DNA of 64,000 nucleotides from a virus: IMG/VR virus record IMGVR_UViG_2930063435_000003; one strand, 5' to 3'. Shown piece by piece: positions 41,822 to 53,890 of this stretch (position 1 is its first letter; each line of letters starts with the position of its first letter). The notes under the pieces were generated by a model. It saw only the letters and a program-made list of their open reading frames with translations, ran no database searches and was not told where the DNA came from. The position numbers and the translations under genes were made by a program.

Positions 41822-42025
41822 AATCCAATCATCTGCTATTAAATCGTCTGCGCTAGGCTGCCACCTTCCGGCGGCGGTTTGTCTTTTTTTCTTATAGTGT
41901 CTAGATACGACTAGGCATTGATAACGCTGCAAATTAGTTGGTAATATCCCATACACATCTTGATTCTCTCTCCTTATACTTATTCCTTTCTCCATCGCTA
42001 GCTTCGTTGCTTCTTGAATGTTCAT
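41810..42025 (-). CDS. DUF2829 / Tad2-like protein
   Basis: MNIQEATKLAMEKGISIRR...WQPSADDLIADDW. Confidence 0.7.
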   Translation of the reverse strand: MNIQEATKLAMEKGISIRRENQDVYGILPTNLQRYQCLVVSRHYKKKRQTAAGRWQPSADDLIADDWILDY

Positions 42026-42040
42026 TTGTTATTCCTCCTA

Positions 42041-42304
42041 TTAAGATGTTTGTTTTTCTTTAAATGCTAAAATAATTGATTTCTTTTTATCGTTCGTAAA
42101 TACGAAATTTTCGTATTCATTACCTAAAAAAATATCATCATATTTAACATTAAAAGCACTCATATACTTAGAAAGTAAACTATCTTTAATGTTTGTAGAG
42201 TCTTTTTCCATATTTTGAATTGTACGTGATGAGACCTTAAATAAATCTCCTAACTCTTTTTGAGTCAATCCGTAATCAGTCCTCAACTCTTTTAATGTTT
42301 TCAT
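42041..42304 (-). CDS. cro: Cro-like HTH regulator
   Basis: MKTLKELRTDYGLTQKELG; divergent from cI. Confidence 0.88.
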   Translation of the reverse strand: MKTLKELRTDYGLTQKELGDLFKVSSRTIQNMEKDSTNIKDSLLSKYMSAFNVKYDDIFLGNEYENFVFTNDKKKSIILAFKEKQTS

Positions 42305-42333
42305 GTTGTCACCGCCTTTCGTAAACCTAATAT

Positions 42334-42410
42334 AATACGAAATTTTCGTATTGTCAACATTAAATACGTTTTTTTCGTAAAAAACTTTACTATGATATGA
42401 AAATTTCGTA
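42334..42410. promoter_or_regulatory. Lysis-lysogeny switch with three operator palindromes
   Basis: TACGAAATTTTCGTA (42336), TACGTTTTTTTCGTA (42365), TATGAAAATTTCGTA (42396), overlapping divergent promoter hexamers. Confidence 0.8.
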
Positions 42411-42437
42411 TAATAAGAAAAAAAGGAGGTAAGTAAT

Positions 42438-43151
42438 ATGAACAAAGAAAGAAATATTATTATAGCCAAAAACATTAGAAAATTTCTCAACGATTCAAAT
42501 ATGTCTCAAAAGAAACTTGCTGAACTCATTAACATAAAACCATCTACTTTAAGCGATTATTTAAATTTACGTTCCAACCCCTCTCACGGCGTTATACAAA
42601 GGATAGCTGATGTTTTCGAGGTTGGTAAAAGCGACATAGATACTACATACAAAGACGATAACGACATCACTTCCATATACAACAAACTCACACCTCCCCG
42701 CCAAGAAAACGTACTTAACTATGCAAATGAACAATTGGAAGAACAGAATTCTAAAGGAGATAACGTTGTAGATATTAATTCATATAAACAGGAGAAAACT
42801 CCAGTTAACGTCAATGGTTGCGTCTCTGCTGGTGTAGGAGAACGTTTACACGATGAAACGCTATTTACTGAAATGGTTAAAGGACCTATCCCCACACACG
42901 ATTTAGCGTTAAAAGTAAATGGTGATTCTATGGAACCTATGTTTAAAGATGGCGAAATCATATTTGTGGAGAAAACTCACAATATAAAGAATGGACAAAT
43001 TGGTATATTCATCATTGAAGAAGAAGCGTATGTTAAGAAAGTCTTTGTTGAAGATGATAGATTGACTCTAGTTTCACTAAATAAAGATTACGACGATCTA
43101 CACTTTTATAGAAATGAAAGTGTGAGGTTAATTGGAAAAGTTATTTTATAA
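42438..43151 (+). CDS. cI: CI repressor (HTH + S24 autoprotease)
   Basis: HTH, SAG cleavage site, GDSMEP catalytic motif, VKK. Confidence 0.95.
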   Translation: MNKERNIIIAKNIRKFLNDSNMSQKKLAELINIKPSTLSDYLNLRSNPSHGVIQRIADVFEVGKSDIDTTYKDDNDITSIYNKLTPPRQENVLNYANEQLEEQNSKGDNVVDINSYKQEKTPVNVNGCVSAGVGERLHDETLFTEMVKGPIPTHDLALKVNGDSMEPMFKDGEIIFVEKTHNIKNGQIGIFIIEEEAYVKKVFVEDDRLTLVSLNKDYDDLHFYRNESVRLIGKVIL

Positions 43152-43166
43152 AAGGAGCACTTGCAA

Positions 43167-44099
43167 ATGAAAAAATATGATATTGCAGTCTTAGACTTTG
43201 AAACTATGAATGAACATATGAACAGCCCTTGCGAAGTTGCTGTATCTTTAATTAAGGATTTATCAATAGTAAAAGTTTATTCATCTTATATTAATCCTCC
43301 TAATAATAGATATAACTTGAAAAACGCTAAAATACATAAAATACCTGAAGATGTCATATTAAAAGCACCTAAATATCCAGATATTTACCAAGAAATTCTC
43401 TATCTTTTAAAAGAATCACATTTAATTATTGCTCATAATGCACTTTTTGATATTTCAGTATTAAAAAATACTAATAATTATTATGACTTACCTGTTCCAA
43501 ACTTCATGTATGTCGATAGTATAAATATCTTTAGAAGCTTCCACGCAATCTCTAGTTTTAAATTAGAAAATTTGTGTAGCTTATATGATATCGATAAAGA
43601 AAAATTACATTCTGCTAAATTTGACGTGCTAGCTTTATCGAAGATGTTGATATCACTCGCTAAAAACAATCAGCATTATAGTGTATTAAAATTAATACAT
43701 TATATGCCTAAGCAATACATTAGATTTAGCAAATATTCTAACTCTCCAACTAAACTTTTCGATTCAGGATTTCAAAAAATTCATATGAAAATATCTGAGA
43801 TTAATAAAATAGAAGTGGAAAGTGTAATCCCTATTTTAAAAGATAAAAATGTTGTTTTTACAGGTAATTTTGACACTGAAAAACAAGATTTAATGATATT
43901 AACTAGAAAGAAAGGAGCTTATATCAGAAGTGACGTAACTGCAAAAACAGATATTTTAGTCGAAGGTGTTCAAGATGATAAATATAAAGATGTGAACGGA
44001 CTAGTTTCAAAACAACGAAAAGCTCGAGAATATGTTGGAAATGGTGCAAAAATTCAATTTTTAAATGAAGAAGACTTAATAAATTTAATAAAGGAATAA
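43167..44099 (+). CDS. DEDDh (DnaQ-like) 3'-5' exonuclease with C-terminal BRCT domain
   Basis: LDFET, AHNALFD, LHSAKFD; VVFTG...SDVTAKTDILVEG. Confidence 0.85.
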   Translation: MKKYDIAVLDFETMNEHMNSPCEVAVSLIKDLSIVKVYSSYINPPNNRYNLKNAKIHKIPEDVILKAPKYPDIYQEILYLLKESHLIIAHNALFDISVLKNTNNYYDLPVPNFMYVDSINIFRSFHAISSFKLENLCSLYDIDKEKLHSAKFDVLALSKMLISLAKNNQHYSVLKLIHYMPKQYIRFSKYSNSPTKLFDSGFQKIHMKISEINKIEVESVIPILKDKNVVFTGNFDTEKQDLMILTRKKGAYIRSDVTAKTDILVEGVQDDKYKDVNGLVSKQRKAREYVGNGAKIQFLNEEDLINLIKE

Positions 44100-44104
44100 T
44101 AACG

Positions 44105-44446
44105 ATGATCAAAAAAATTTTTACAAAAAAACATGTATTCTTAGTTATAGAAGATGAAAACCATAATCACAGCGATGCTGTTTTTGGAAAAAGTATATTA
44201 CTTTCAATTTACGTCGGTGTGAATAAAAAGACTAATTCTAAATCAGGGAAATTTATATACCTTGACAGATCTAAAAGAATCGTTAGACAATCTGATATCA
44301 CCAAAATAGAATCAGCTAACGAAAATGATGTAGATTTTTATAATTTACTGAAGAAAGAAAAGGAAATTGTTTATTCCAAAAATATAGTAGATAAATACAA
44401 TTTAGCGAACTATATAATTTACTACGAAGTTAGTACTAAAGAATAA
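44105..44446 (+). CDS. Hypothetical protein coupled to the exonuclease
   Basis: 113 aa, 5 bp after the exonuclease stop, AAGGA RBS. Confidence 0.7.
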   Translation: MIKKIFTKKHVFLVIEDENHNHSDAVFGKSILLSIYVGVNKKTNSKSGKFIYLDRSKRIVRQSDITKIESANENDVDFYNLLKKEKEIVYSKNIVDKYNLANYIIYYEVSTKE

Positions 44447-44649
44447 ACCAATCCATTATTTCATAATACTAACCTTAAATTTACAGAGGTTTTAATTATG
44501 AAACATGAAAAAAGCAATCTTAACTTTAAGTCTTATATTTATTACCTACTACCTCACTTTTAAATATATGTGGATTAAAGAATTGAAGTATTAATCATGC
44601 TTATTTGAAAAAGACGTCTATTTCAGCAGTGTTTGAAAGGAAGTTTATA

Positions 44650-44832
44650 ATGAAAATAAAAAATTGCAAAATAAAAAAAGAAACTATAGTATATGAAGTT
44701 TTAACTAGTGGTAATCAACCATTCACTTATGAGTTACCTAAAGATTTATCGTCACATAATGCGCGTAAATACTTGGAATTTATTTCACAAAAATTAGATG
44801 GCGATAAGTTAACCAAAGAAGATTCATTATGA
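44650..44832 (+). CDS. Small conserved phage protein
   Basis: MKIKNCKIKKETIVYEVLTSGNQPFTYELPK. Confidence 0.65.
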   Translation: MKIKNCKIKKETIVYEVLTSGNQPFTYELPKDLSSHNARKYLEFISQKLDGDKLTKEDSL

Positions 44833-44925
44833 TTTTACTAAACAAAAAAACGCCTACTAGTGTGAAAACGTATTGATTAATAGCGCCTATGTGGCGCTTT
44901 AATATATAAAGTAAGCAAAGGAGAA

Positions 44926-45915
44926 ATGAAAATGAAAAAAGTAAGTGTTATAATGCCAACATTCAATAACGGCGAAAAATTACATAGAACCATTAGTTCT
45001 GTATTAAATCAAACAATGAAGAGTACTGATTACGAATTAATTATTATTGATGATCATTCAAATGACAATGGTGAGACTTTGAATGTTATAAAAAAATATA
45101 AAGGATTAGTTCGTTTTAAACAATTAAAAAAGAATAGTGGAAATGCTAGCGTACCTAGAAATACAGGCTTAAAAATGAGCAAAGCTGAATATGTATTCTT
45201 TTTAGATTCTGATGATTTACTTCACGAAAGAGCACTAGAAGATTTATATAATTACGGCAAAGAAAATAATAGCGATTTAATAATTGGAAAATATGGAGTT
45301 GAAGGTAAAGGAAGAAGTGTTCCTAAAGCTATATTTGAGAAAGGAAATGTAGCGAAAGCTGATATTATTGATAATAGTATTTTTTATGCTTTATCAGTAC
45401 TAAAAATGTTTAAAAAAAGTGTTATAGATAAAAACAAGATAAAATTCAAAACATTCTCTAAAACTGCTGAAGACCAATTATTTACTATAGAATTTTTGAT
45501 GAATTCGAAAAATTACTCGATAAAAACCGACTATGAATACTATATTGTAGTCAACGATTTCGAGTCTAGCAATCATTTGTCAGTAAATAAAAGTACAGGA
45601 AATCAATATTTTGCTACTATAAACGAAATTTATAAAGCTATTTATAAAAGTCCAATTTATAAAAACCAAGAAAAAAGACACCAACTTGCCGGGAAGTATA
45701 CAACTAGACTTTTAAGACACGGTCAGAAAAAGAATTTTGCAAATAGTAAAATGAAATATGAAGATAAAATCGAATGGTTAAACAACTTTTCTAAAACAAT
45801 TAATAAAGTACCTAGAGACTCAGATAAATATGTCACACAAATATTCAACTTAAAATTAGAAGCAATAAGACAAAACGATTTATTAGCTGTGATGATTGCA
45901 GATAAGCTATTATAG
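44926..45915 (+). CDS. tarP: Wall teichoic acid GlcNAc transferase TarP
   Basis: GT2 enzyme MKKVSVIMPTFNNGEKL, FLDSDD, TAEDQLF; TarS-like without long C-terminus; Sa3int lysogeny module. Confidence 0.9.
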   Translation: MKMKKVSVIMPTFNNGEKLHRTISSVLNQTMKSTDYELIIIDDHSNDNGETLNVIKKYKGLVRFKQLKKNSGNASVPRNTGLKMSKAEYVFFLDSDDLLHERALEDLYNYGKENNSDLIIGKYGVEGKGRSVPKAIFEKGNVAKADIIDNSIFYALSVLKMFKKSVIDKNKIKFKTFSKTAEDQLFTIEFLMNSKNYSIKTDYEYYIVVNDFESSNHLSVNKSTGNQYFATINEIYKAIYKSPIYKNQEKRHQLAGKYTTRLLRHGQKKNFANSKMKYEDKIEWLNNFSKTINKVPRDSDKYVTQIFNLKLEAIRQNDLLAVMIADKLL

Positions 45916-45925
45916 GAGGAAAACA

Positions 45926-46168
45926 ATGGAAAACTTTAATTATAATAACATAAAAAAACTTGTTCTTGAAAATGTTGATATAGATAAAGTAAAAGAAGTA
46001 TACAAAGATTATGAATTACTTAATTATACAATAAAAAACCAAACACTTTACATGAACGATTATGAAGTTGCTAAAGTTTCTGAAAAACATCTAAACGAAA
46101 ATATTAATAATCTAAGAGGCACGGTTAATCTAGACGAAAAATGTATTTTGTCACTAACCTATCTATAA
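45926..46168 (+). CDS. Hypothetical protein downstream of tarP
   Basis: 80 aa from MENFNYNN after AGGAGG. Confidence 0.7.
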   Translation: MENFNYNNIKKLVLENVDIDKVKEVYKDYELLNYTIKNQTLYMNDYEVAKVSEKHLNENINNLRGTVNLDEKCILSLTYL

Positions 46169-46230
46169 TGCGAAATTTCGGGTAGCTCGCCTACCCTTAT
46201 TATTTTTTGCCAATTTTGAGGAGGGAACAC

Positions 46231-47268
46231 ATGAAAACACGTTGTTACGATGGTAAAAAATGGCAATATGAGTTTAAGCATGAAGGAAAAAGATACCGTA
46301 AGAAAGGTTTTAGAACAAAGCGTGAAGCTAATTCTGCTGGACTAGACAAGTTAAATGAGTTAAGAAGTGGTTTTAATATAGATAACTATATAACTCTTGA
46401 AGAATACTTCGAAAATTGGATTAAAACGTATAAACAACCTGTTGTTAAAGAAAATACCTACCGTCATTATAGAAATGCATTACAACATATACAAAAACAT
46501 AAAATAGGTAAAATGGAGTTATCAAAGATAAATAGACAAGTTTATCAGAAATTCATAAACGACCATTCAAAAGAACACGCAAAAGAAACTATAAGAAAAA
46601 CAAACGGTGCTATTCGGTCAGCTTTAGATGACGCATTATATGATGGACTTATTTTTAAAAACCCCGCTTATAAAGTTAATTATAAAGCCGGAAAACCTAC
46701 GAAGTCAGAACAAGAAAAATTCATCTCGGTAACTGAATATGAAATACTAAAAGATCACGTCAGAAAGAAGAGAACTCGTTCATCATTAGCGCTATTCATA
46801 ATGATTTGTACGGGTTGTCGTGTCAGTGGTGCAAGAAATATAAAGATTGAGCATATCAACCAAGTGAAAAACACTATATTTATTGACGAGCGAAAAACCG
46901 ATACTTCCCCTAGATATATCAGTATCGCTAAATCTGATATGAAACACATTATGGACGTCATAAGTACATTTGCAATTAGCTATGATGGTTACATTTTCAA
47001 AGAAGCCGGATCTATAATTAACCTTCAGGCTATCAATAATGCTTTGAAATCAGCCTGTAGAGTCAATAATATACCAATTATTACATCGCACGCATTAAGA
47101 CACACTCATTGTTCTTATTTACTAGCAAAAGGTGTATCTATACATTACATTTCTAAAAGATTAGGTCATAAAAATATAGCAATAACTACATCCGTGTATT
47201 CTCATTTGTTAGAAGAAAAATTTAATGAAGAGGACAAAAAAACAACTAAAATTTTAGAAAGTATGTAA
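46231..47268 (+). CDS. int: Sa3 tyrosine integrase
   Basis: TGCR, HALRHTH, LGH...Y; 345 aa; adjacent to att. Confidence 0.96.
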   Translation: MKTRCYDGKKWQYEFKHEGKRYRKKGFRTKREANSAGLDKLNELRSGFNIDNYITLEEYFENWIKTYKQPVVKENTYRHYRNALQHIQKHKIGKMELSKINRQVYQKFINDHSKEHAKETIRKTNGAIRSALDDALYDGLIFKNPAYKVNYKAGKPTKSEQEKFISVTEYEILKDHVRKKRTRSSLALFIMICTGCRVSGARNIKIEHINQVKNTIFIDERKTDTSPRYISIAKSDMKHIMDVISTFAISYDGYIFKEAGSIINLQAINNALKSACRVNNIPIITSHALRHTHCSYLLAKGVSIHYISKRLGHKNIAITTSVYSHLLEEKFNEEDKKTTKILESM

Positions 47269-47269
47269 T

Positions 47270-47288
47270 TTAGGGACCCATTAGGGAC
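47270..47288 (+). repeat. Putative integrase arm-type sites
   Basis: TTAGGGAC twice at 11-bp period between int stop and att core. Confidence 0.5.
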
Positions 47289-47324
47289 TCCAAACCCAAT
47301 AAATACTGTTGTTACAAGGTTTCT

Positions 47325-48149
47325 ATGTATCCAAACTGGGGACAATATAAACGCGCTGATTTAATCGGACAATCTTCTTATATTAAAAATAATGATGTCG
47401 TAATATTCAATGAAGCATTTGATAATGGTGCATCAGACAAATTATTAAGTAATGTGAAAAAAGAATATCCTTACCAAACACCTGTACTCGGTCGTTCTCA
47501 ATCAGGTTGGGACAAAACTGAAGGTAGCTACTCATCAACTGTTGCTGAAGATGGTGGCGTAGCGATTGTAAGTAAATATCCTATTAAAGAAAAAATCCAG
47601 CATGTTTTCAAAAGCGGTTGTGGATTCGATAATGATAGCAACAAAGGCTTTGTTTATACAAAAATAGAGAAAAATGGTAAGAACGTTCACGTTATCGGTA
47701 CACATACACAATCTGAAGATTCACGTTGTGGTGCTGGACATGATCGAAAAATTAGAGCTGAACAAATGAAAGAAATCAGTGACTTTGTTAAAAAGAAAAA
47801 TATCCCTAAAGATGAAACGGTATATATAGGTGGCGACCTTAATGTTAATAAAGGCACTCCAGAGTTCAAAGATATGCTTAAAAACTTGAATGTAAATGAT
47901 GTTCTATATGCAGGTCATAATAGCACATGGGACCCTCAATCAAATTCAATTGCGAAATATAATTACCCTAATGGTAAACCAGAACATTTAGACTATATAT
48001 TTACAGATAAAGATCATAAACAACCAAAACAATTAGTCAATGAAGTTGTGACTGAAAAACCTAAGCCATGGGATGTATATGCGTTCCCATATTACTACGT
48101 TTACAATGATTTTTCAGATCATTACCCAATCAAAGCCTATAGTAAATAG
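47325..48149 (+). pseudogene. hlb: Beta-hemolysin (sphingomyelinase C), 3' part interrupted by the prophage
   Basis: YPNWGQYKRADLI...GGDLN...SDHYP; lacks the signal peptide and N-terminus. Confidence 0.95.
47326..47339. other. Prophage att core in hlb
   Basis: TGTATCCAAACTGG. Confidence 0.93.
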
Positions 48150-48162
48150 TGCTCAACTAACT

Positions 48163-48200
48163 AATAACTCGCTTCGTTCTAAAAGGACGAAGCGAGTTAT
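48163..48200 (+). terminator. hlb terminator
   Basis: ATAACTCGCTTCGT...ACGAAGCGAGTTAT. Confidence 0.75.
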
Positions 48201-48386
48201 ATTGTTAAAATTTGAATTGACTTACATTTTAATAAAATCATCTTAACAACTTTAATTTTTCATTAATACAAGTCTTTACTCTACACTCAAACAAGATTCA
48301 TACACTGCACATCATAATAAATCTATCTACTCAAATATAAATAAAAGTTACCTACTACATTCTATGTAGCAGGCAACTTTTATTAC

Positions 48387-49418
<1,032 letters not shown>

Positions 49419-49424
49419 TCAATA

Positions 49425-50540
<1,116 letters not shown>

Positions 50541-50915
50541 TCACAAAAATAGAGAATATATATTTAACTATTTATTAAATGATTTTGTTAATATTATTAA
50601 ATACTTTATCCTCTTTAAAAATAATGTGTGTACAAAGTCATTAATTTAGCAAATATTTTTATTTAGTAGTTAATAACCATCGATTTGAAATTTATATATA
50701 ATTATTAGCTAAATAATATCCTGCATCTTTCTCATACAATTTACTATAAAATTAAGCATACCCGATATCAGTGTTAATAAGATCGTTGATACTAGACAGT
50801 TAATTTCATAGAACGAAATCAAATAACACGCTACTTTCTGCATTTTAAATTATGTTTAAGAATAAAAATTATGTTTATATAAATATATATACTACTTTGA
50901 AAAGGTGTGAGCTTA

Positions 50916-52139
50916 ATGACAACTTTTAGTGAAAAAGAAAAAATTCAATTACTAGCAGATATTGTTGAACTACAAACTGAAAATAATAATGAAATAGACG
51001 TTTGTAATTATTTAAAAGATTTATTCGACAAGTACGATATTAAATCTGAAATTTTGAAAGTTAATGAACACCGCGCCAATATCGTTGCAGAAATCGGTAA
51101 CGGCTCACCTATACTCGCATTGAGTGGTCATATGGATGTTGTTGATGCAGGAAATCAAGATAATTGGACTTATCCCCCTTTTCAACTCACAGAAAAAGCT
51201 GGCAAATTATACGGTCGAGGCACAACGGATATGAAAGGCGGTCTGATGGCTTTGGTCATCACACTCATTGAATTAAAAGAACAAAATCAATTGCCTCAAG
51301 GAACGATAAGATTACTAGCTACTGCTGGCGAAGAGAAAGAACAAGAAGGTGCCAAATTATTGGCTGATAAAGGCTATTTAGACGATGTAGATGGCTTAAT
51401 TATTGCTGAACCAACTGGATCTGGAATTTATTATGCACATAAAGGGTCTATGTCATGTAAAGTAACTGCAACTGGCAAAGCTGTCCATAGCTCAGTTCCA
51501 TTTATTGGTGACAATGCAATTGATACACTGCTTGAATTTTATAATCAATTTAAAGAAAAATATTCAGAGCTTAAAAAACATGATACTAAACATGAATTAG
51601 ATGTTGCACCCATGTTCAAATCATTGATAGGAAAAGAAATTTCTGAAGAGGATGCAAATTATGCATCTGGTCTTACAGCTGTATGTTCGATTATAAATGG
51701 CGGCAAACAATTTAACTCTGTACCAGATGAAGCTTCACTTGAATTTAACGTAAGACCAGTTCCTGAGTATGATAACGACTTTATAGAATCGTTTTTCCAA
51801 AATATCATTAATGATGTGGATAGCAATAAGCTTTCACTCGATATTCCAAGCAATCACCGACCTGTAACAAGCGATAAAAATAGCAAATTAATTACTACGA
51901 TTAAAGATGTAGCTTCTAGTTATGTAGAACAAGACGAAATATTTGTTTCAGCGCTTGTAGGTGCAACAGATGCCTCTAGTTTCTTAGGAGATAATAAGGA
52001 CAATGTTGATTTAGCCATTTTTGGACCAGGTAATCCATTAATGGCACATCAAATCGATGAATATATTGAAAAAGATATGTACCTGAAATATATTGATATT
52101 TTTAAAGAGGCTTCCATTCAATATTTAAAAGAGAAATAA
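50916..52139 (+). CDS. ArgE/DapE-family M20 metallohydrolase
   Basis: GHMDVV, GRGTTDMKGG, GEE, AHQIDE. Confidence 0.9.
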   Translation: MTTFSEKEKIQLLADIVELQTENNNEIDVCNYLKDLFDKYDIKSEILKVNEHRANIVAEIGNGSPILALSGHMDVVDAGNQDNWTYPPFQLTEKAGKLYGRGTTDMKGGLMALVITLIELKEQNQLPQGTIRLLATAGEEKEQEGAKLLADKGYLDDVDGLIIAEPTGSGIYYAHKGSMSCKVTATGKAVHSSVPFIGDNAIDTLLEFYNQFKEKYSELKKHDTKHELDVAPMFKSLIGKEISEEDANYASGLTAVCSIINGGKQFNSVPDEASLEFNVRPVPEYDNDFIESFFQNIINDVDSNKLSLDIPSNHRPVTSDKNSKLITTIKDVASSYVEQDEIFVSALVGATDASSFLGDNKDNVDLAIFGPGNPLMAHQIDEYIEKDMYLKYIDIFKEASIQYLKEK

Positions 52140-52316
52140 GAACGATGCTGTCAGCTGCCCTATTCGCGTGCTGGCAGTTTTTTATTGCGAATTTTAAGTT
52201 GATAGAAATAGCGATGAATATTGTTTGACTGTAAATATTCAAATATCAACAAGCACATTTTCATTGATTAAGTGATGTAAAACTGAAATTATGGTGGTGA
52301 TTTGTCATACATATAT

Positions 52317-52490
52317 TGCATTGTCTATTGAAATTGGGAATCCAATTTCTCTTTGTTGAGGCCCCCACCCCAACTTACATTGTTTGTAGAATTTCTTTTC
52401 GAAATTCTCTGTGTTGGGGCCCCCACCCCAACTTGCATTGTCTGTTGAAATTGGGAATCCAATTTCTCTGTGTTGGGGCCCCTGACTAGA
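52317..52490. repeat. STAR (S. aureus repeat) element, three units
   Basis: TGTGTTGGGGCCCC-type motifs at ~58-bp period with internal hairpins. Confidence 0.9.
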
Positions 52491-52582
52491 ATTGAAAAGT
52501 AATACACATCAGTAACATTTCTATTTTCATTTATGATATTATCTAATTATTAATTTATAATATAAAGGAGTATGCAATTAAA

Positions 52583-53890
52583 ATGAACAAAGTCCACAAA
52601 CCTTTATATTTTTATTTAATGCTTTTCTTCTCTACAACTATCATAGGTGCTCTTTTATTATATTTACCTTTCACTGGTAAAAAGCCAATATCTTTTTTAG
52701 ATGCCCTATTTATAGCTTCAAGTGCATTTACAGTTACTGGCCTATCCCCAGTTGATATAGGATCACAGTTTAATATACTTGGTGAAATAGTAATACTATT
52801 ATTAATTCAAATAGGTGGTCTGGGTATCGTGACCGTAACCCTATTGACACTAGTATTTTTAAATAGAAAGATATCAATGAAAAATAGATTCTTGATTATG
52901 GTTACATGGAATATTGACGAACCTGGTGGTGTTATTAAGCTAATTAAACACTTGGCTATTTATAGTTTAGTCACTGAATTAATTGGTATGATTTGTTTGT
53001 GTTTATCTTTTATACCAAAATTTGGTATAGGCAAAGGTTTATTTTTAAGCTTATTCACATCAGTATCAGCTTTTAATAATGCTGGATTTGCCCTTTTTAA
53101 GAATAACTTAATAGATTATTCTAGTGATCCAATTGTCATTATTACAATCTCAATACTCATAATATTTGGAGGTATTGGACATTTTGTCGTAATAGACTTT
53201 ATTAATTGTAAAAAATTGAGTAAATTATCTTTACATTCTAAATTAGTCTTAACTACAACTAGTATCCTAATAATTATAGGAGCTATTACATTCTTTTTAT
53301 TAGAACAGTTTAATACTATGCAACATATGGGACTAGTTGAAAAAATCGGAAATTCTTTTTTCCAATCAGTAACAACACGAACAGCGGGTTTTAACAGTAT
53401 TGATATAGCAAGCATTAACAAATCTACCGCCTTAATGTTAATGTTACTTATGTTTATTGGTGGTGCCCCTCTCAGTGCAGCTGGAGGAATTAAAATAACT
53501 ACTTTTGCAGTGGCGTTTATATTTGTTTTAAATTATATACGTAAAGAAAATAATGTTTCAGTATTCAATAAAGAAATATCTGACAAACATATAAAACTAT
53601 CTATTGTTACCATTAATATCTCATTTCTATTTATCAGTATCATTACTTTTATATTATCGATAATTAATCCGAACATATCATTAATCAAGTTATTATTCGA
53701 AGTGGTTTCTGCATTCGGAACAGTCGGGTTAAGTATGAACCTTACCACAGAATATCATGGTATTACTAAAATAATTATTATATTCGTTATGCTTTGCGGT
53801 AAAGTAGGACTATTAACTTTATTAAGAACATTTATACCACCAAAAAGTCCTAAAAATTACCGCTACACTAAAGGACAAATTTATCTATAA
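52583..53890 (+). CDS. KtrB/TrkH-family cation uptake membrane protein
   Basis: SAFTVTGL, SAFNNAGF, TRTAGF, SAFGTVGL pore motifs. Confidence 0.92.
   Translation: MNKVHKPLYFYLMLFFSTTIIGALLLYLPFTGKKPISFLDALFIASSAFTVTGLSPVDIGSQFNILGEIVILLLIQIGGLGIVTVTLLTLVFLNRKISMKNRFLIMVTWNIDEPGGVIKLIKHLAIYSLVTELIGMICLCLSFIPKFGIGKGLFLSLFTSVSAFNNAGFALFKNNLIDYSSDPIVIITISILIIFGGIGHFVVIDFINCKKLSKLSLHSKLVLTTTSILIIIGAITFFLLEQFNTMQHMGLVEKIGNSFFQSVTTRTAGFNSIDIASINKSTALMLMLLMFIGGAPLSAAGGIKITTFAVAFIFVLNYIRKENNVSVFNKEISDKHIKLSIVTINISFLFISIITFILSIINPNISLIKLLFEVVSAFGTVGLSMNLTTEYHGITKIIIIFVMLCGKVGLLTLLRTFIPPKSPKNYRYTKGQIYL

Noticed and set aside
42305..42490. Hydrophobic N-terminal extension of Cro in the ORF track
   Set aside because: Spans the switch region; the RBS supports ATG 42304
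52317..52490. Regularly spaced repeats resembling a CRISPR array
   Set aside because: Motif is the STAR signature, units 1 and 3 share their internal segment, and there are no cas genes
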